A stretch of 63,878 bases of DNA, filler included, from Octopus bimaculoides (GCF_001194135.2; 5 parts of 5 records of this genome joined end to end with filler, not necessarily neighbours in it), one strand, 5' to 3'; positions 38,264 to 50,786 are shown, counted from the first letter of the whole stretch. Translations and numbers: made by a program. Notes: generated from the letters alone by a model not told the origin.

Positions 38264-38806
38264 GCATGTGATGGAGAAGAAATAATGCCTGCAGCTACGA
38301 GGTTAAAAAACTGATGCAATATATTCATTTACATACACGTACGCGCGCCCTTAGATTTAAAGTGGTTGCAAAATACGATTGTCTTCGAGAAGAGAAACAT
38401 TATGTCCCTAATGGAACAATCTTGAATGACAACTTAGCTTTCTTAATCGACAATTTCTTTCATTATTTAACGAAGATTTAATTAAAGGTTTTGTTTCTCT
38501 CCTTATTTTCATTTATATTTAATTATCTTCCAATTTCTGAAATATTTTCATTTATTTTGTTATGTTTTTTGTTCATTATTTCTTTATTGTCTTTCTGTTT
38601 TATTGTCTGTGTGATTATCGTTATCATTATCGTCATTGTTGTTGCTGTTGTTGTTGTTGTTGCTTATTTTCTGTGGTGAAGTGAGTGATAAGTCTTCAGT
38701 GGTTTGGATGCGGAACTCTATTTTTGATAAAGGCATCAATATTTGAGGTGCGGCATTATGAAAGATTCCCGTAATCTTTTTAGTGTAATGGTGTTACTTA
38801 CTAAGG

Positions 38807-39065
38807 GTGAAGTCACGCGGACTAGTGGTTTGAGTGTTGCACTCGTGATCCCAAGAGTGTGGTTTCGATTTCCAGACAGGGTGGAGCGATGTATTCTTAA
38901 GCAAAACACTTTATTTCACATTGCTCTGCGATCATTTCGACTCCTGACCTGTGGTACAATGTGCATCAGATGTCGTTTTGATGGAGTGAGTGTCCTAATG
39001 TACAGCACATGCGTCTGATCATTATAAACAAATCTTTTGTGCACGTCGTTCAGGAAGAAATTACT
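38807..39065 (+). mobile_element. tRNA-derived SINE with E-type head and distinct tail (G)
   Basis: gtgaag-cgcg head, tttcgatttcc B box, agcaaaacactttatttcac body, then ctctgcgatcatttcgac...aaacaaatc tail unlike B or E. Confidence 0.65.
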
Positions 39066-39385
39066 GGACCCTTACCTCTTCTTTACGACAGGGGAATCCA
39101 CTTACTGAGGAAAAATTTCATACTTATATTGAATATGAAATGTAATTCCAGACAGTTAATCAACAGAAAACCTCGATGCATACAATACATACAGTGAAAA
39201 ACGGAGGATTTTTAATGCACAGATGTGTTATGCAATCAGGTTTCGAATACGGTTTATATCTGCTTCCTGCACGCTGCAAAATATTGCTGCCTTTTATTGA
39301 TGTTGATATTGTAACTCTTGCAGGTCAGTTTTTCGAATTTTGTACATCGTATATTGTCATTTTCTTTCAATATAATATTGAGTTC

Positions 39386-39564
39386 AAATTTAGGCACAAG
39401 GCCAGCAATTTCATGGAGAGAGGGTATGTCTATTACATCGATTCAAGTGTTCAACTGATACTTACTTTATAGATCCTGAAAGGATGAAAGGCAAAGTCAA
39501 CCTTGGTAGAATTTGAACTCGGAACGTAAAGAAAGACGAAATGACGCTAAGCATTTTGACCGGC
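39386..39564 (-). mobile_element. SINE family C2, interrupted in its head by an E SINE (remainder about 39899-39915)
   Basis: The C2 sequence stops at gaccggc and resumes as accggcacactaac after the insert. Confidence 0.75.
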
Positions 39565-39898
39565 GTAAGGGTAAAGAACCTCCTTCGGTCACGAATTACC
39601 ATGGGATTGCACGTAGGAAGTTACCCTTCGAGGTACAAGTCCGGGCAAGTTTACTGAAAGCCAGCAGTCGCCCATGCATCCCAGCCTCCGTCTCCCGATG
39701 TTATCCAAGGAGAGAGATAAAGGCCGATACAGTTTGGCACCAGTGACGTCACAACTTATTTTTACAGATGAGCGAACTGGAGCAACGTGAAATAAAGTGT
39801 CTTGCTCAAGAGCACAACACACAACCCGGTCCGGGAATTGAACTCACTACCTCATGACTGTGAGCCCGATACTCAAACCATTAAGTCATGCGCCTTCA
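39565..39898 (-). mobile_element. tRNA-derived SINE family E nested in C2
   Basis: The reverse complement matches 41099-41435 along its length; accggc is duplicated at 39559 and 39898. Confidence 0.88.
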
Positions 39899-40504
39899 CC
39901 GGCACACTAACATATGCTTTAGATTTCAGCTTGTTAAATTTGGTGAATCAACTAAATATATTATTTATCTTTTGACAACATCTGCTGGTTTCGTAAATTT
40001 TCTGTATCTGATTCACAGTTTTGTTATAATTATAATTATATTCACATCTAAGATAATTTATAAGAATATTGTATCGAATTAAGTATTTGACTGATATTTT
40101 ATTTCCTTCTTCCTTTTCTTTTTCTTTCTCCCCACCCCCGAATCACGGTGGGATGAAAGGTAACTTTGTCCTCGATGGATTGGAACTCGGCAGATTTGAG
40201 CGTAAAGAACCGGCCGCAACTAAATACAGAGGGAGCATTCTCCGATTCTCTGAAATGTTTCAAAGAAACTTACAAAGTTATTTATTGCAAAGGTGTAACT
40301 TTCGAAATATATGTGATGTAATATTAGAGCAAGTGAGTTTTATAATCGTGTTAGTTTTAGCAAGTATTCTCACCCAAATGATTGATATCCATGCTCGTGT
40401 ACAATAGCATTATGCAATTTAAGCAATTAATATAGTTCCCACGTGATTTTTAAAAATGAATCAAAATATATATCATAATTATTCATATGCGAAATTATTG
40501 ACAT

Positions 40505-40720
40505 TGTTTTTTTTCCCAGCTTGATCCGGAGGGTGAACAACTGATATTACTCAACCATTTATCCAACCATTTTGTTCATGGTCTACTCCTTGGTCTCCTG
40601 TCAGTTGGATCAGCTTGAAGAGTCCATCTTGTGTTTCCTTCCTGTGATATTTTGATCACAGATCCATAGTAACCGCTGTGAGCGCTCAATGCTAGAACCT
40701 TATGAAGGTGGTGTCACGAT
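40505..40720 (-). mobile_element. RTE-clade LINE 3' coding remnant
   Basis: IERSQ-YYGSVIKISQEGNTRWTLQADPTDRRPRSRP*TKWLD, matching the RTE C-terminal (G)RRPRGRPxxRW motif. Confidence 0.75.
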
Positions 40721-41098
40721 TCTTCCAGGAATAGCCGGGACGGTGGAAGAAATGGATGGCCGGATGGCTCTAATTTTTAATTAATTTTAATCTCAGTCTA
40801 GACGAGCAATAGATAAAAGATTCGCTAATTAACCAATTTTAGATACGAAAATATACTTCCCTGAAAATCATTATTTCATCGAAGAACTGATACCAGAAAA
40901 TATTTCACAGACAATTACATATATTTTCGTGGACATTGGTTCCAAAATATTTTATATAAAACAAAGCTACACAGAAAAAAAATCCGTATAATTCACACGT
41001 TTATTTATTCATTCTTGTTAAAACATGTGGGTTAAAACATGTGGGAAAAAGAAAAGGTTAAAACGTCATGTTACATACTTTGTTATATATATGTGTAT

Positions 41099-41435
41099 GT
41101 GAAGGTGCATGGCTCAGTGGTTAGAGCGTCGAGCTTACGATCGTGAGGTTGTGAGTTCGAATCCCGGACCGGGCTGCGTGTTGTGTTCTTGAGCAATACA
41201 CTTTATTTCACGTTGCTCCGGTTCACTCAGCTGTAGAAATGAGTTGTGACGTCACAGGTGCCAAGCTGTATGGGCCTTTGCCTTTCCCTTGGATAACATC
41301 AGTGGTGTGTAGAGGGGGAGGCTGGTATGCATGGGCGATTGCTGGTCTTCCATAAATAATCTTACCCGGACTTGTGCCTCGGAAGGTAACTTTCTAGGTG
41401 CAATCCCATGGTCAGTCATGACCGAAGGGGGTCTC
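41099..41435 (+). mobile_element. tRNA-derived SINE family E, full length, intact Pol III boxes
   Basis: A box tggctcagtgg (41110-41120), B box gttcgaatcc (41155-41164); tail ends atgaccgaagggggtc before (CATA)n. Confidence 0.92.
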
Positions 41436-41441
41436 AGCATA

Positions 41442-41477
<36 letters not shown>

Positions 41478-42315
41478 TATATATAGCAATAAGAAAATTG
41501 AGGGGAATATGAGGTACGCATCAACTTGCAGACACTGTATTCCGTTGATTAATCTGTTTATTTTATATCCAAAATGACAAAAAACACAATATACAGACAT
41601 ACCATGTCATNNNNNNNNNNNNNNNNNNNNNNNNNNNNNNNNNNNNNNNNNNNNNNNNNNNNNNNNNNNNNNNNNNNNNNNNNNNNNNNNNNNNNNNNNN
41701 NNNNNNNNNNNNNNNNNNNNNNNNNNNNNNNNNNNNNNNNNNNNNNNNNNNNNNNNNNNNNNNNNNNNNNNNNNNNNNNNNNNNNNNNNNNNNNNNNNNN
41801 NNNNNNNNNNNNNNNNNNNNNNNNNNNNNNNNNNNNNNNNNNNNNNNNNNNNNNNNNNNNNNNNNNNNNNNNNNNNNNNNNNNNNNNNNNNNNNNNNNNN
41901 NNNNNNNNNNNNNNNNNNNNNNNNNNNNNNNNNNNNNNNNNNNNNNNNNNNNNNNNNNNNNNNNNNNNNNNNNNNNNNNNNNNNNNNNNNNNNNNNNNNN
42001 NNNNNNNNNNNNNNNNNNNNNNNNNNNNNNNNNNNNNNNNNNNNNNNNNNNNNNNNNNNNNNNNNNNNNNNNNNNNNNNNNNNNNNNNNNNNNNNNNNNN
42101 NNNNNNNNNNNNNNNNNNNNNNNNNNNNNNNNNNNNNNNNNNNNNNNNNNNNNNNNNNNNNNNNNNNNNNNNNNNNNNNNNNNNNNNNNNNNNNNNNNNN
42201 NNNNNNNNNNNNNNNNNNNNNNNNNNNNNNNNNNNNNNNNNNNNNNNNNNNNNNNNNNNNNNNNNNNNATATATATATATATATATACATACACACGTAC
42301 ATACATGCATGATTC

Positions 42316-42374
<59 letters not shown>

Positions 42375-42899
42375 ACTTGTTACTATGTTGAGAAAATGCT
42401 TTTTAAGGCACTCAGCTATTCCTGCCTATAAAAATTATAACCTGGTCAGTCACAAAACCCACAATTTTTGCATTAACAGCATGTTACACTAAAATTAATT
42501 TTGATTGATTTCATTAGTCAAGCCCTTTTTCCAAAAGGTGTGAACCTCTTTCAATACTTGTAATCGCCCATCAATTTAGTGTTCCATTTCTCTGTACCAA
42601 AGATGTTTAGTCATTTTGATTTTTGCAATTATAATTCTTTTTATATTCTTATGCATTATTTTCAAGCAGAAGATTTGGAAATCAAATAATTCTATAAATT
42701 GGTTTCTTCAAAAATAAAGAAACCGTCCATTTTCTATAATTTTATCCATGGTATGAAAAAAAAAATAGCAAGAAATGGTTTGATGTCTTTATGCCTGAGA
42801 ATTTCCATTCGTAGGAAATAATGAAAGTAAGTGATGTTAAAACTATAAGAAAGCAATTTTAATAAGTGAGAGAAAATGAATATAGAGATTAATGGAGGA

Positions 42900-43135
<236 letters not shown>

Positions 43136-43759
43136 GAAAATTAGGAGCGGAGAGTGAATAAACGAAGCTAGTAGCAGATGTACTTCGTTTCAATGTTAGA
43201 TTCTTTTATCAGCGTGACAGCACTTTGCTATGGTGGTGAAGTCGCTTACACTAATGCACTTGTCATATACACAACTTCTCGCTCACAAAATAGAAACGTG
43301 CGTGTGTGTATATACATATACATGCATACACTAAGACATACACACATATATATTAGTACGATTACAACACACACATGTACATTCACGAATAAATACATAA
43401 ATGCGTAATGCATTCTTATATATGTTATTGTCTGTATTGGGTATGCCCGTTATTCATCATTACATGTTAACGTTTATCGAGCGAACGTCTGACTGCTTTT
43501 TTCGTTTCTTCGACAAGCAGTTACCATATATATTTTGATGGTATAAGATCAAGGAAACGTCTCTCATTTTCCTCTTTTTTTTTTTGTGCGTGTGTAATTT
43601 TGTTTCTTGTTAAGTTACTCAGACGCAAATGGAAGATGTGAATGACCTTTCCAGGCTCTCCTAGGAAAATATGAGGTATTTGATGTTCGTCTGAAATTTA
43701 TACAGATCAATGCTTACAAAGAAAGCAGGATTGGGAAAGAAAAAATACCTGAAGTCAGC

Positions 43760-44065
43760 AACTTAGAGGCTAATGTTCTCTGCATTGATTGGCCACAGCC
43801 CCGATACTGCAGACATGTGGTTAAAATGTCACATGAAAGGACCACAACACGAATTCTACACGCTGAGCCAACCGCCGGGAGACCAAGGTGTAAAACAGGA
43901 ACGAGATGGATGGATAATATCCATATTCTCAGTTGGTCACGCCTAGGAACCCAGCTAGAAAATTTAATAGCGGTTACTTCTGATAGGACCCTATGGACAA
44001 GATGTCAGAAGATTCTACTCCTACAACCATCCCAGGAATAGAGGGCGGAGAAAATAGATGAATGG
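43760..44065 (+). mobile_element. RTE-clade LINE 3' end
   Basis: RHVVKMSHERTTTRILHAEPTAGRPRCKTGTRWMDNIH...SDRTLW...QPSQE*, followed by a short GATG/GAAT-type tail; same family as 40505. Confidence 0.82.
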
Positions 44066-44904
44066 AACAGCTCTTAATCGATATTCTAACCTTATTGGGT
44101 GTTCATATGTTTATGTATATATATATATGTGTGTGTGTATGTGTGTGTATNNNNNNNNNNNNNNNNNNNNNNNNNNNNNNNNNNNNNNNNNNNNNNNNNN
44201 NNNNNNNNNNNNNNNNNNNNNNNNNNNNNNNNNNNNNNNNNNNNNNNNNNNNNNNNNNNNNNNNNNNNNNNNNNNNNNNNNNNNNNNNNNNNNNNNNNNN
44301 NNNNNNNNNNNNNNNNNNNNNNNNNNNNNNNNNNNNNNNNNNNNNNNNNNNNNNNNNNNNNNNNNNNNNNNNNNNNNNNNNNNNNNNNNNNNNNNNNNNN
44401 NNNNNNNNNNNNNNNNNNNNNNNNNNNNNNNNNNNNNNNNNNNNNNNNNNNNNNNNNNNNNNNNNNNNNNNNNNNNNNNNNNNNNNNNNNNNNNNNNNNN
44501 NNNNNNNNNNNNNNNNNNNNNNNNNNNNNNNNNNNNNNNNNNNNNNNNNNNNNNNNNNNNNNNNNNNNNNNNNNNNNNNNNNNNNNNNNNNNNNNNNNNN
44601 NNNNNNNNNNNNNNNNNNNNNNNNNNNNNNNNNNNNNNNNNNNNNNNNNNNNNNNNNNNNNNNNNNNNNNNNNNNNNNNNNNNNNNNNNNNNNNNNNNNN
44701 NNNNNNNNNNNNNNNNNNNNNNNNNNNNNNNNNNNNNNNNNNNNNNNNNNNNNNNNNNNNNNNNNNNNNNNNNNNNNNNNNNNNNNNNNNNNNNNNNNNN
44801 NNNNNNNNNNNNNNNNNNNNNNNNNNNNNNNNNNNNNNNNNNNNNNNNNNNNNNNNNNNNNNNNNNNNNNNNNNNNNNNNNNNNNNNNNNNNNNNNNNNN
44901 NNNN

Positions 44905-44969
<65 letters not shown>

Positions 44970-45457
44970 AAATTTAGGGAATGGAGTAGATAAAATCTAG
45001 GCTACATATATGCTTCATAGCTAGCGAAACCCCGGAAGTAGTAAATAATCCAAGCGAGGAGTAGACCGTATGCTACTCTTCAGGCTAAGGATACTTTGAT
45101 TATATGAAGTTTACATTGTCGTTGGGAGATCTCGTGTTAACTCGCTGGGGATTCCATCGAAATTCCCTAAATTTTGAATGTTTATGCGCATATTCAACTA
45201 CCCCTGTTGCTAACCGTAAACTATAAAATTAACTTTTTTTCAGTTTATCGTATTTAGATAAGGGAAAAGTTCACACCTTCTGTACCAATAAACTCCTATT
45301 ATTCCTGAAAGCTGTTTTTTTTTTATATCTTCTACGGATTGCTTGAAGCTCACTAACTTCCCACATCTTGATCCTTGGATCTTACCTTTACATACATACA
45401 TGTATGTATGTATGTATGTATGTATGCATGTATGTATTTATGGATGTATGTATATAA

Positions 45458-45590
45458 GCGCAGGTGTGGCTGTGTGGTAAGAAGCTTGCTTCCCAACCAC
45501 ATTGTTCCGGAGTCAGTCCCACTGCGTTGCACCTTGGGCAAGTGTCTTCTAATATATCCTCGGGCCGACCGATGCCTTGTGAGTGGATTT
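45458..45590 (+). mobile_element. SINE family D 5' half
   Basis: Head and body match 56353 and 52553. Confidence 0.88.
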
Positions 45591-46049
45591 AATAACAGTT
45601 TTGTTCTAATGCATGCAACAAGTTAAAGTTTCAAACGAACCTATCTCGTCAAGCTCGTAGTAAGCAATTGAAGCGAGTCCAAGACGGCTCCTGGTTTACT
45701 ATCGGTCAATACAGGCCACGCGATGTTATTAATTTGGCAACGACATTAATTCCGATTCTGCATTCCAATTCTTATAGCCATGTGTTAGGACAGAATATTG
45801 CGTTTATGTGACTGTGCTTTGTTTATGTAAGTGCGCGTGTGTCTATGTGTGTGTGTGTATATCTGTCTGTGTGTGTATGTGTAAATGCACTGACGTCTAA
45901 CTTTGTGTGCATGTGCCAGGTGTATGCACATATAAGAGTGATGCGTTGATGTGTTGTAATGTGTCAACATCGTTTGCAAGGACCTGATTTGCTGTCGGAT
46001 TTAGTTGTGCTACGTAAAGAAAAGGATAATATATATATTTTTATATATT

Positions 46050-46235
46050 CTCCATGTTAGACCGCTGAACGCTACACGTTTTTTTTTTCATTCTCACTGT
46101 TTATTTTCTCTTACTTCTTTCTGCTGAAGAGCGTAAGCTCAAAACGTAAAAGACTTTCACTTTCTCCACACTTCCGAGTAATACAATTGGTTGTCGTTCA
46201 TAATCCTGTCTTCGTCTTTTGTTTTTCTATAAATT
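46050..46235 (+). mobile_element. Short interspersed repeat carrying a hammerhead-like core (probable Penelope-like pLTR derivative), copy 1
   Basis: ttattttctctta(c)ttctttctg(c)tgaagagcg-aggctc(g)aaacgtaaaagac...cctgtcttcg(t)cttttgtt is homologous to the minus-strand copy at 60170-60330. Confidence 0.6.
46116..46153 (+). ncRNA. Degenerate minimal type I hammerhead-like motif
   Basis: tcttt-CTGcTGA-a-gagc gtaa gctc-aAA-ACGT-A-aaaga. All three stems are present and stem III is the ACGT palindrome; core positions A6 and G12 are mutated. Confidence 0.45.
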
Positions 46236-46809
46236 TCATGGGTTTTTATGGTAGTCTGACCTTAGAGTCCCTCNNNNNNNNNNNNNNNNNNNNNNNNNNN
46301 NNNNNNNNNNNNNNNNNNNNNNNNNNNNNNNNNNNNNNNNNNNNNNNNNNNNNNNNNNNNNNNNNNNNNNNNNNNNNNNNNNNNNNNNNNNNNNNNNNNN
46401 NNNNNNNNNNNNNNNNNNNNNNNNNNNNNNNNNNNNNNNNNNNNNNNNNNNNNNNNNNNNNNNNNNNNNNNNNNNNNNNNNNNNNNNNNNNNNNNNNNNN
46501 NNNNNNNNNNNNNNNNNNNNNNNNNNNNNNNNNNNNNNNNNNNNNNNNNNNNNNNNNNNNNNNNNNNNNNNNNNNNNNNNNNNNNNNNNNNNNNNNNNNN
46601 NNNNNNNNNNNNNNNNNNNNNNNNNNNNNNNNNNNNNNNNNNNNNNNNNNNNNNNNNNNNNNNNNNNNNNNNNNNNNNNNNNNNNNNNNNNNNNNNNNNN
46701 NNNNNNNNNNNNNNNNNNNNNNNNNNNNNNNNNNNNNNNNNNNNNNNNNNNNNNNNNNNNNNNNNNNNNNNNNNNNNNNNNNNNNNNNNNNNNNNNNNNN
46801 NNNNNNNAT

Positions 46810-47130
46810 AAACTTAGATATGTTTCGACCAAAGATTGGTCCAAGCCATGTCTAACTTAATAGCACCACCTGATAGGATTATCTAAATGCTTTTTACAGT
46901 CAAGTCTTGTTTATGGTCCATTCAAGTAGTGAGTTCTTACTGAGTGAGTTGTATCCAGGTATGGGTGGCTTGTCTGGTATTCCTTAAAGAAATCTGTCTA
47001 GATTCCGTTTAAAGCTGAAAGGATCCTTTTCCTCTTTTATCTCTTTCGGGACAATGTTAAACAGGACAAGGCCTGTTGAGGAAAAGAAATTATGCCGCAG
47101 TGTACCTATTTTAACGTATGGATGGACAAA
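46810..47130 (-). mobile_element. CR1/L2-group LINE 3' end (ORF2 C-terminus plus 3' UTR)
   Basis: LRHNFFSSTGLVLFNIVPKEIKEEKDPFSFKRNLDRFL*GIPDKPPIPGYNSLSKNSLLEW, matching the LFNxLP...FKxxLDxFL C-terminal pattern. Confidence 0.8.
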
Positions 47131-47635
47131 ACGCTGCTTAGCATTTTGCCCGGCTTGCTAATGAATCTATGTGTGTATTAATTAAAAGCGATTAATGTCC
47201 GGTCTTAGAGTGACCAATGGTTTCGCATCCACAAAGGTCTTAACCTCGTCGACGCCTCATCAAACTTCCTCTCTATATATATGAGACTTGACTGTCGACA
47301 GCCAGAGGCTTGAAGTTCCCTGAACTAACTGCTGGCAATAGTAAAGTACTTCATTCTTCTCATTAATGGATATTGCAGATTGTAGAGAATACGTAGTCTT
47401 TTGTGGAGGCAGAGTTGGCAATTGCGATTTCTGGATGAGCATGTTTCGATCCCTGCCAATGATACTCTATTTGATCTTGGGCGAGTCGTTCTGATCGTCA
47501 CGAACTTTCCAAATAAAACGGGACAAGAATATTTTTCCTATCTCTGCATCTGTGCATATCTTCATACACTCCATATGCACAATGAAATCATTGACGGTCC
47601 TGCTTGTACAGTGTACACACACGCGCGCGCGCACG

Positions 47636-47678
<43 letters not shown>

Positions 47679-49079
47679 GTCTCCATAGTTCCACTAATAG
47701 TACGTGTTAGAATATTTCACAAGTTGTATGTATATACGGCTAAGTTAAATCACATGATTTACATTCAAATTTCTCAGATTAAAGGTACCATTTGCCATTG
47801 CGATCTATCTGATCTGAGATATTCTTCACGGAATAAGTAATGTAAATTCACATTTTTAAAGAATCAACAACTTTTAAGCTTCTTTTGTTTGTAACAATGT
47901 AGGGGCAATGTAAGAAACTCACTGAATTGGAGGTAAAAATGGAATTCATATTGTATGGAGAATTAGCCAAATAATGCAGCAGTTGTATAGTTTACCAAAT
48001 GCCTATTACGTTATGTAATGTTCGAAAGAACTTAATTATATCGCCTCAGTCCGTGTACATGTGAATTGATTACACAAAGTCTAATATAGGTAACAGTATA
48101 GTAAGAAGGAGCGATAGCAATAAAAAATTGATGACTATTTTGTTGGCCTACAAGACTGAATTTATACCCTGTCACATGACGAAAAGAAGTGTAGAATTTA
48201 ATTTGTTCCATCTATCTGCCCAACACCACTAAGGGAGAGGCAATGATTTAACTTTTTAGACATCTGTATTTAAGACGTTACATAATTTTACTGGCACTTA
48301 TATCACGGTATCTCATTTCTCAACCTCCGTAAATGTTTGGCCATAAATCTCAATGAAGAATCAATATATTCTTCACTTGTTGTGTACAATGAATCATTTG
48401 CCAAGCATTCTGTCGTCCAAGCTAGCGAGAAAGTTCCAGTAAATTGCGTATAATATCTAGAATTTAAGAGAATTACTGGTGATCTGCAACAGCAATACTT
48501 ACAGAATGAGCTCTATATATGTTTCGTGAGGTGATAATTTATATCTTTAATTTAAAGACATTCGTAAAGTTTAGATATTTTCTCTTTTCAAAGTATACAG
48601 CCGCTCGGCTCTGAGATCGAACCTACTATGCAACACAGTGGACCAGGGTCTTCTACTATAGTAAACCTTGTGCGCAAAATTGGATGGACAAATAGTGTAC
48701 GGAAGCTCATAAGATGCATAATACCAGCTGCTTAGTCGTGGAAACTATCTGTCTCTCAGGTTTCTAAAGATATCTTAAGTTTCTTAATGCAGTAATTCTA
48801 GACCAAAGCTACTATAAAACTCGGGTTATTGGTTGTTTTGTTTTTTTTTCTATTTGCAAACACCTTATTTGGAAAAAAAAGGGAAGCTGCACGTATAACA
48901 CATAAATTAGAAGCAGCACTACAGATGTACCAACACACACGAGATTGAGACATAGCCGACCTCACGCACTTCCCATGAGGAATTCTGGAAGGAGATTCGT
49001 GAGACCACTACTGAGACGCTTCCGAAATAAAAGAAAAGCCGTTGGAAAACCGATTATAGTAGCGACTCAATCTAAGAAT

Positions 49080-49112
49080 ATCTGAAGAAGGAATTGTATT
49101 CCGAAATATCAT
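49080..49112 (+). ncRNA. Minimal type I hammerhead-like motif
   Basis: CTGAAGA-a-ggaat tgt attcc-GAA-ATAT-C. The core is intact, stem II is a perfect 5 bp and stem III is the ATAT palindrome; stem I is only 2 bp. Confidence 0.45.
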
Positions 49113-49532
49113 CGGACTATGGATAACTAAATTACAACAGGTATATAGTCCATTTTTTGTATTATAGTGCATTGTTGTACCATTCAAAACTTATTGTATA
49201 CCTTATTTATAGAATAGTCTACATGTTGTCGATGTTGATGATGATGTTGATGCTGATGTAGAGCTTTCTGATTTTACTGTTGATGTTGCTGATCTTATTG
49301 TTAATGTAAGCTAATGATGTTGATGTTGTTGTAGCTGATGTTGTTGTTGTTTTTAATGCTTATCTTATAACTAAAATGTTCGCAATGTTGATTAAGATTT
49401 AAATTCATTTCATCCTGTATTTGTCTGGAAGATCCTAACATTGAAACCTGCGACTTCTACAAACTTTGCCTTCAATCAGGATATCCTTAATCATCATCAG
49501 ATGCAGCAGCAGCAGCAGCTTTCTACCGGATA

Positions 49533-49626
49533 CCGTAGTCTACTCAACCACCAGAACCGTAGTCTACTCAACCACCAGAACCGTAGTCTACTCAACCACC
49601 AGAACCGTAGTCTACTCAACCAGCAG
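49533..49626. repeat. 24-bp minisatellite (accgtagtctactcaaccaccaga) x ~3.9
   Basis: Three exact units plus a near-complete fourth, in frame within ORF 49441-49755. Confidence 0.95.
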
Positions 49627-50366
49627 AAGTGTGTAATGAAAGAACTGTTGTCGCTAAAGCACACGAGTAAACACCCATGGAGGCCTAAATATTCTCACCT
49701 GGAAGTCATTTTAAATTTCTTCCAGATTCTCTCCACTCTGGTTCTGCACATCTGACGATGGGCTGAGCTCAGCAGCCATGAAATCTTGAATAATGTAAAG
49801 CTGAGACTATTTGTTATTAAATACGAGTATGTGTGCGCGTAGTCTGATGCGTGTGTATGTATAAGTGTGTCTGCACGTATGCGCATATGTATTCATATAT
49901 ATGTATGTGAGTACGTATATATAATGTACGTGTGTGTAAGCATATGTGTATGCATGTACGTGTGTGTGTGTGTGTGTGTGTGTGCGCGTTCACATATAAT
50001 GAAATTATAGAACGAAATAAGTATACACAGTATATAATAATCAGAAGTATACATGGTTATAAAATAGCAAGAAAAAATGATAGTGATGTGGTCCTTCTCT
50101 AGGGACCTCTAAGGGATAATCGAGGAACCCCATCGTCCAAGATCTTCTTGAACACCAAGGATAACTACCTTCTCCAATTCCCATCTCCGATCTACGTATC
50201 TACACTTAGAGCGGTACTCTCGCCATTTTCGTAACTTTCGCCCTCCTTTCAGTAAATTCACTCGAGAACAACATCTTCCTCTCCACCCTCACTTTGCTTT
50301 TTTAATGGAATGTATCAAAGAGGAATGTATCTGTCCTCATGCCTTGTCCACCAGATTACCAGAAGG

Positions 50367-50603
50367 TGGTGAGCTGGCAGAAACGTTAGCACACCGGTCG
50401 AAATGCTTAGCGGTATTTCGTTTGCCGTTACGTTCTGAGTTCAAATTCCGCCGAGGTCGACTTTGCCTTTCATCCTTTCGGGGTCGATTAAATAAGTACC
50501 AGTTACGCACTGGGGTCAATGTAATCGACTTAATCTGTTTGTCTGTCCTTGTCTGTCCCCTCTGTGTGTAGCCCCTTGTGGGCAGTAAAGAAAATAGATT
50601 ACT
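50367..50603 (+). mobile_element. SINE family C1, full length with TSD
   Basis: Near-identical to 19344; TSD agattaccagaagg at 50353-50366 and 50604-50617. Confidence 0.94.
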
Positions 50604-50755
50604 AGATTACCAGAAGGGTTTTGAGTAACTGATTTTTGTGTTAAACCCCACATGTCCCGTTTTGTAGTGTCTCTATTTGTTTTGTGCTCGGCTCCTGTGG
50701 CCAATAAAGAAACAATTATTATTACTATCATTCTTATTATTAATGATAATAATAA

Positions 50756-50786
<31 letters not shown>

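Noticed and set aside
41099-41175. tRNA gene
   Set aside because: A and B boxes are present, but the sequence continues into a multi-copy SINE body and has no proper acceptor stem. The same applies to the other SINE heads.
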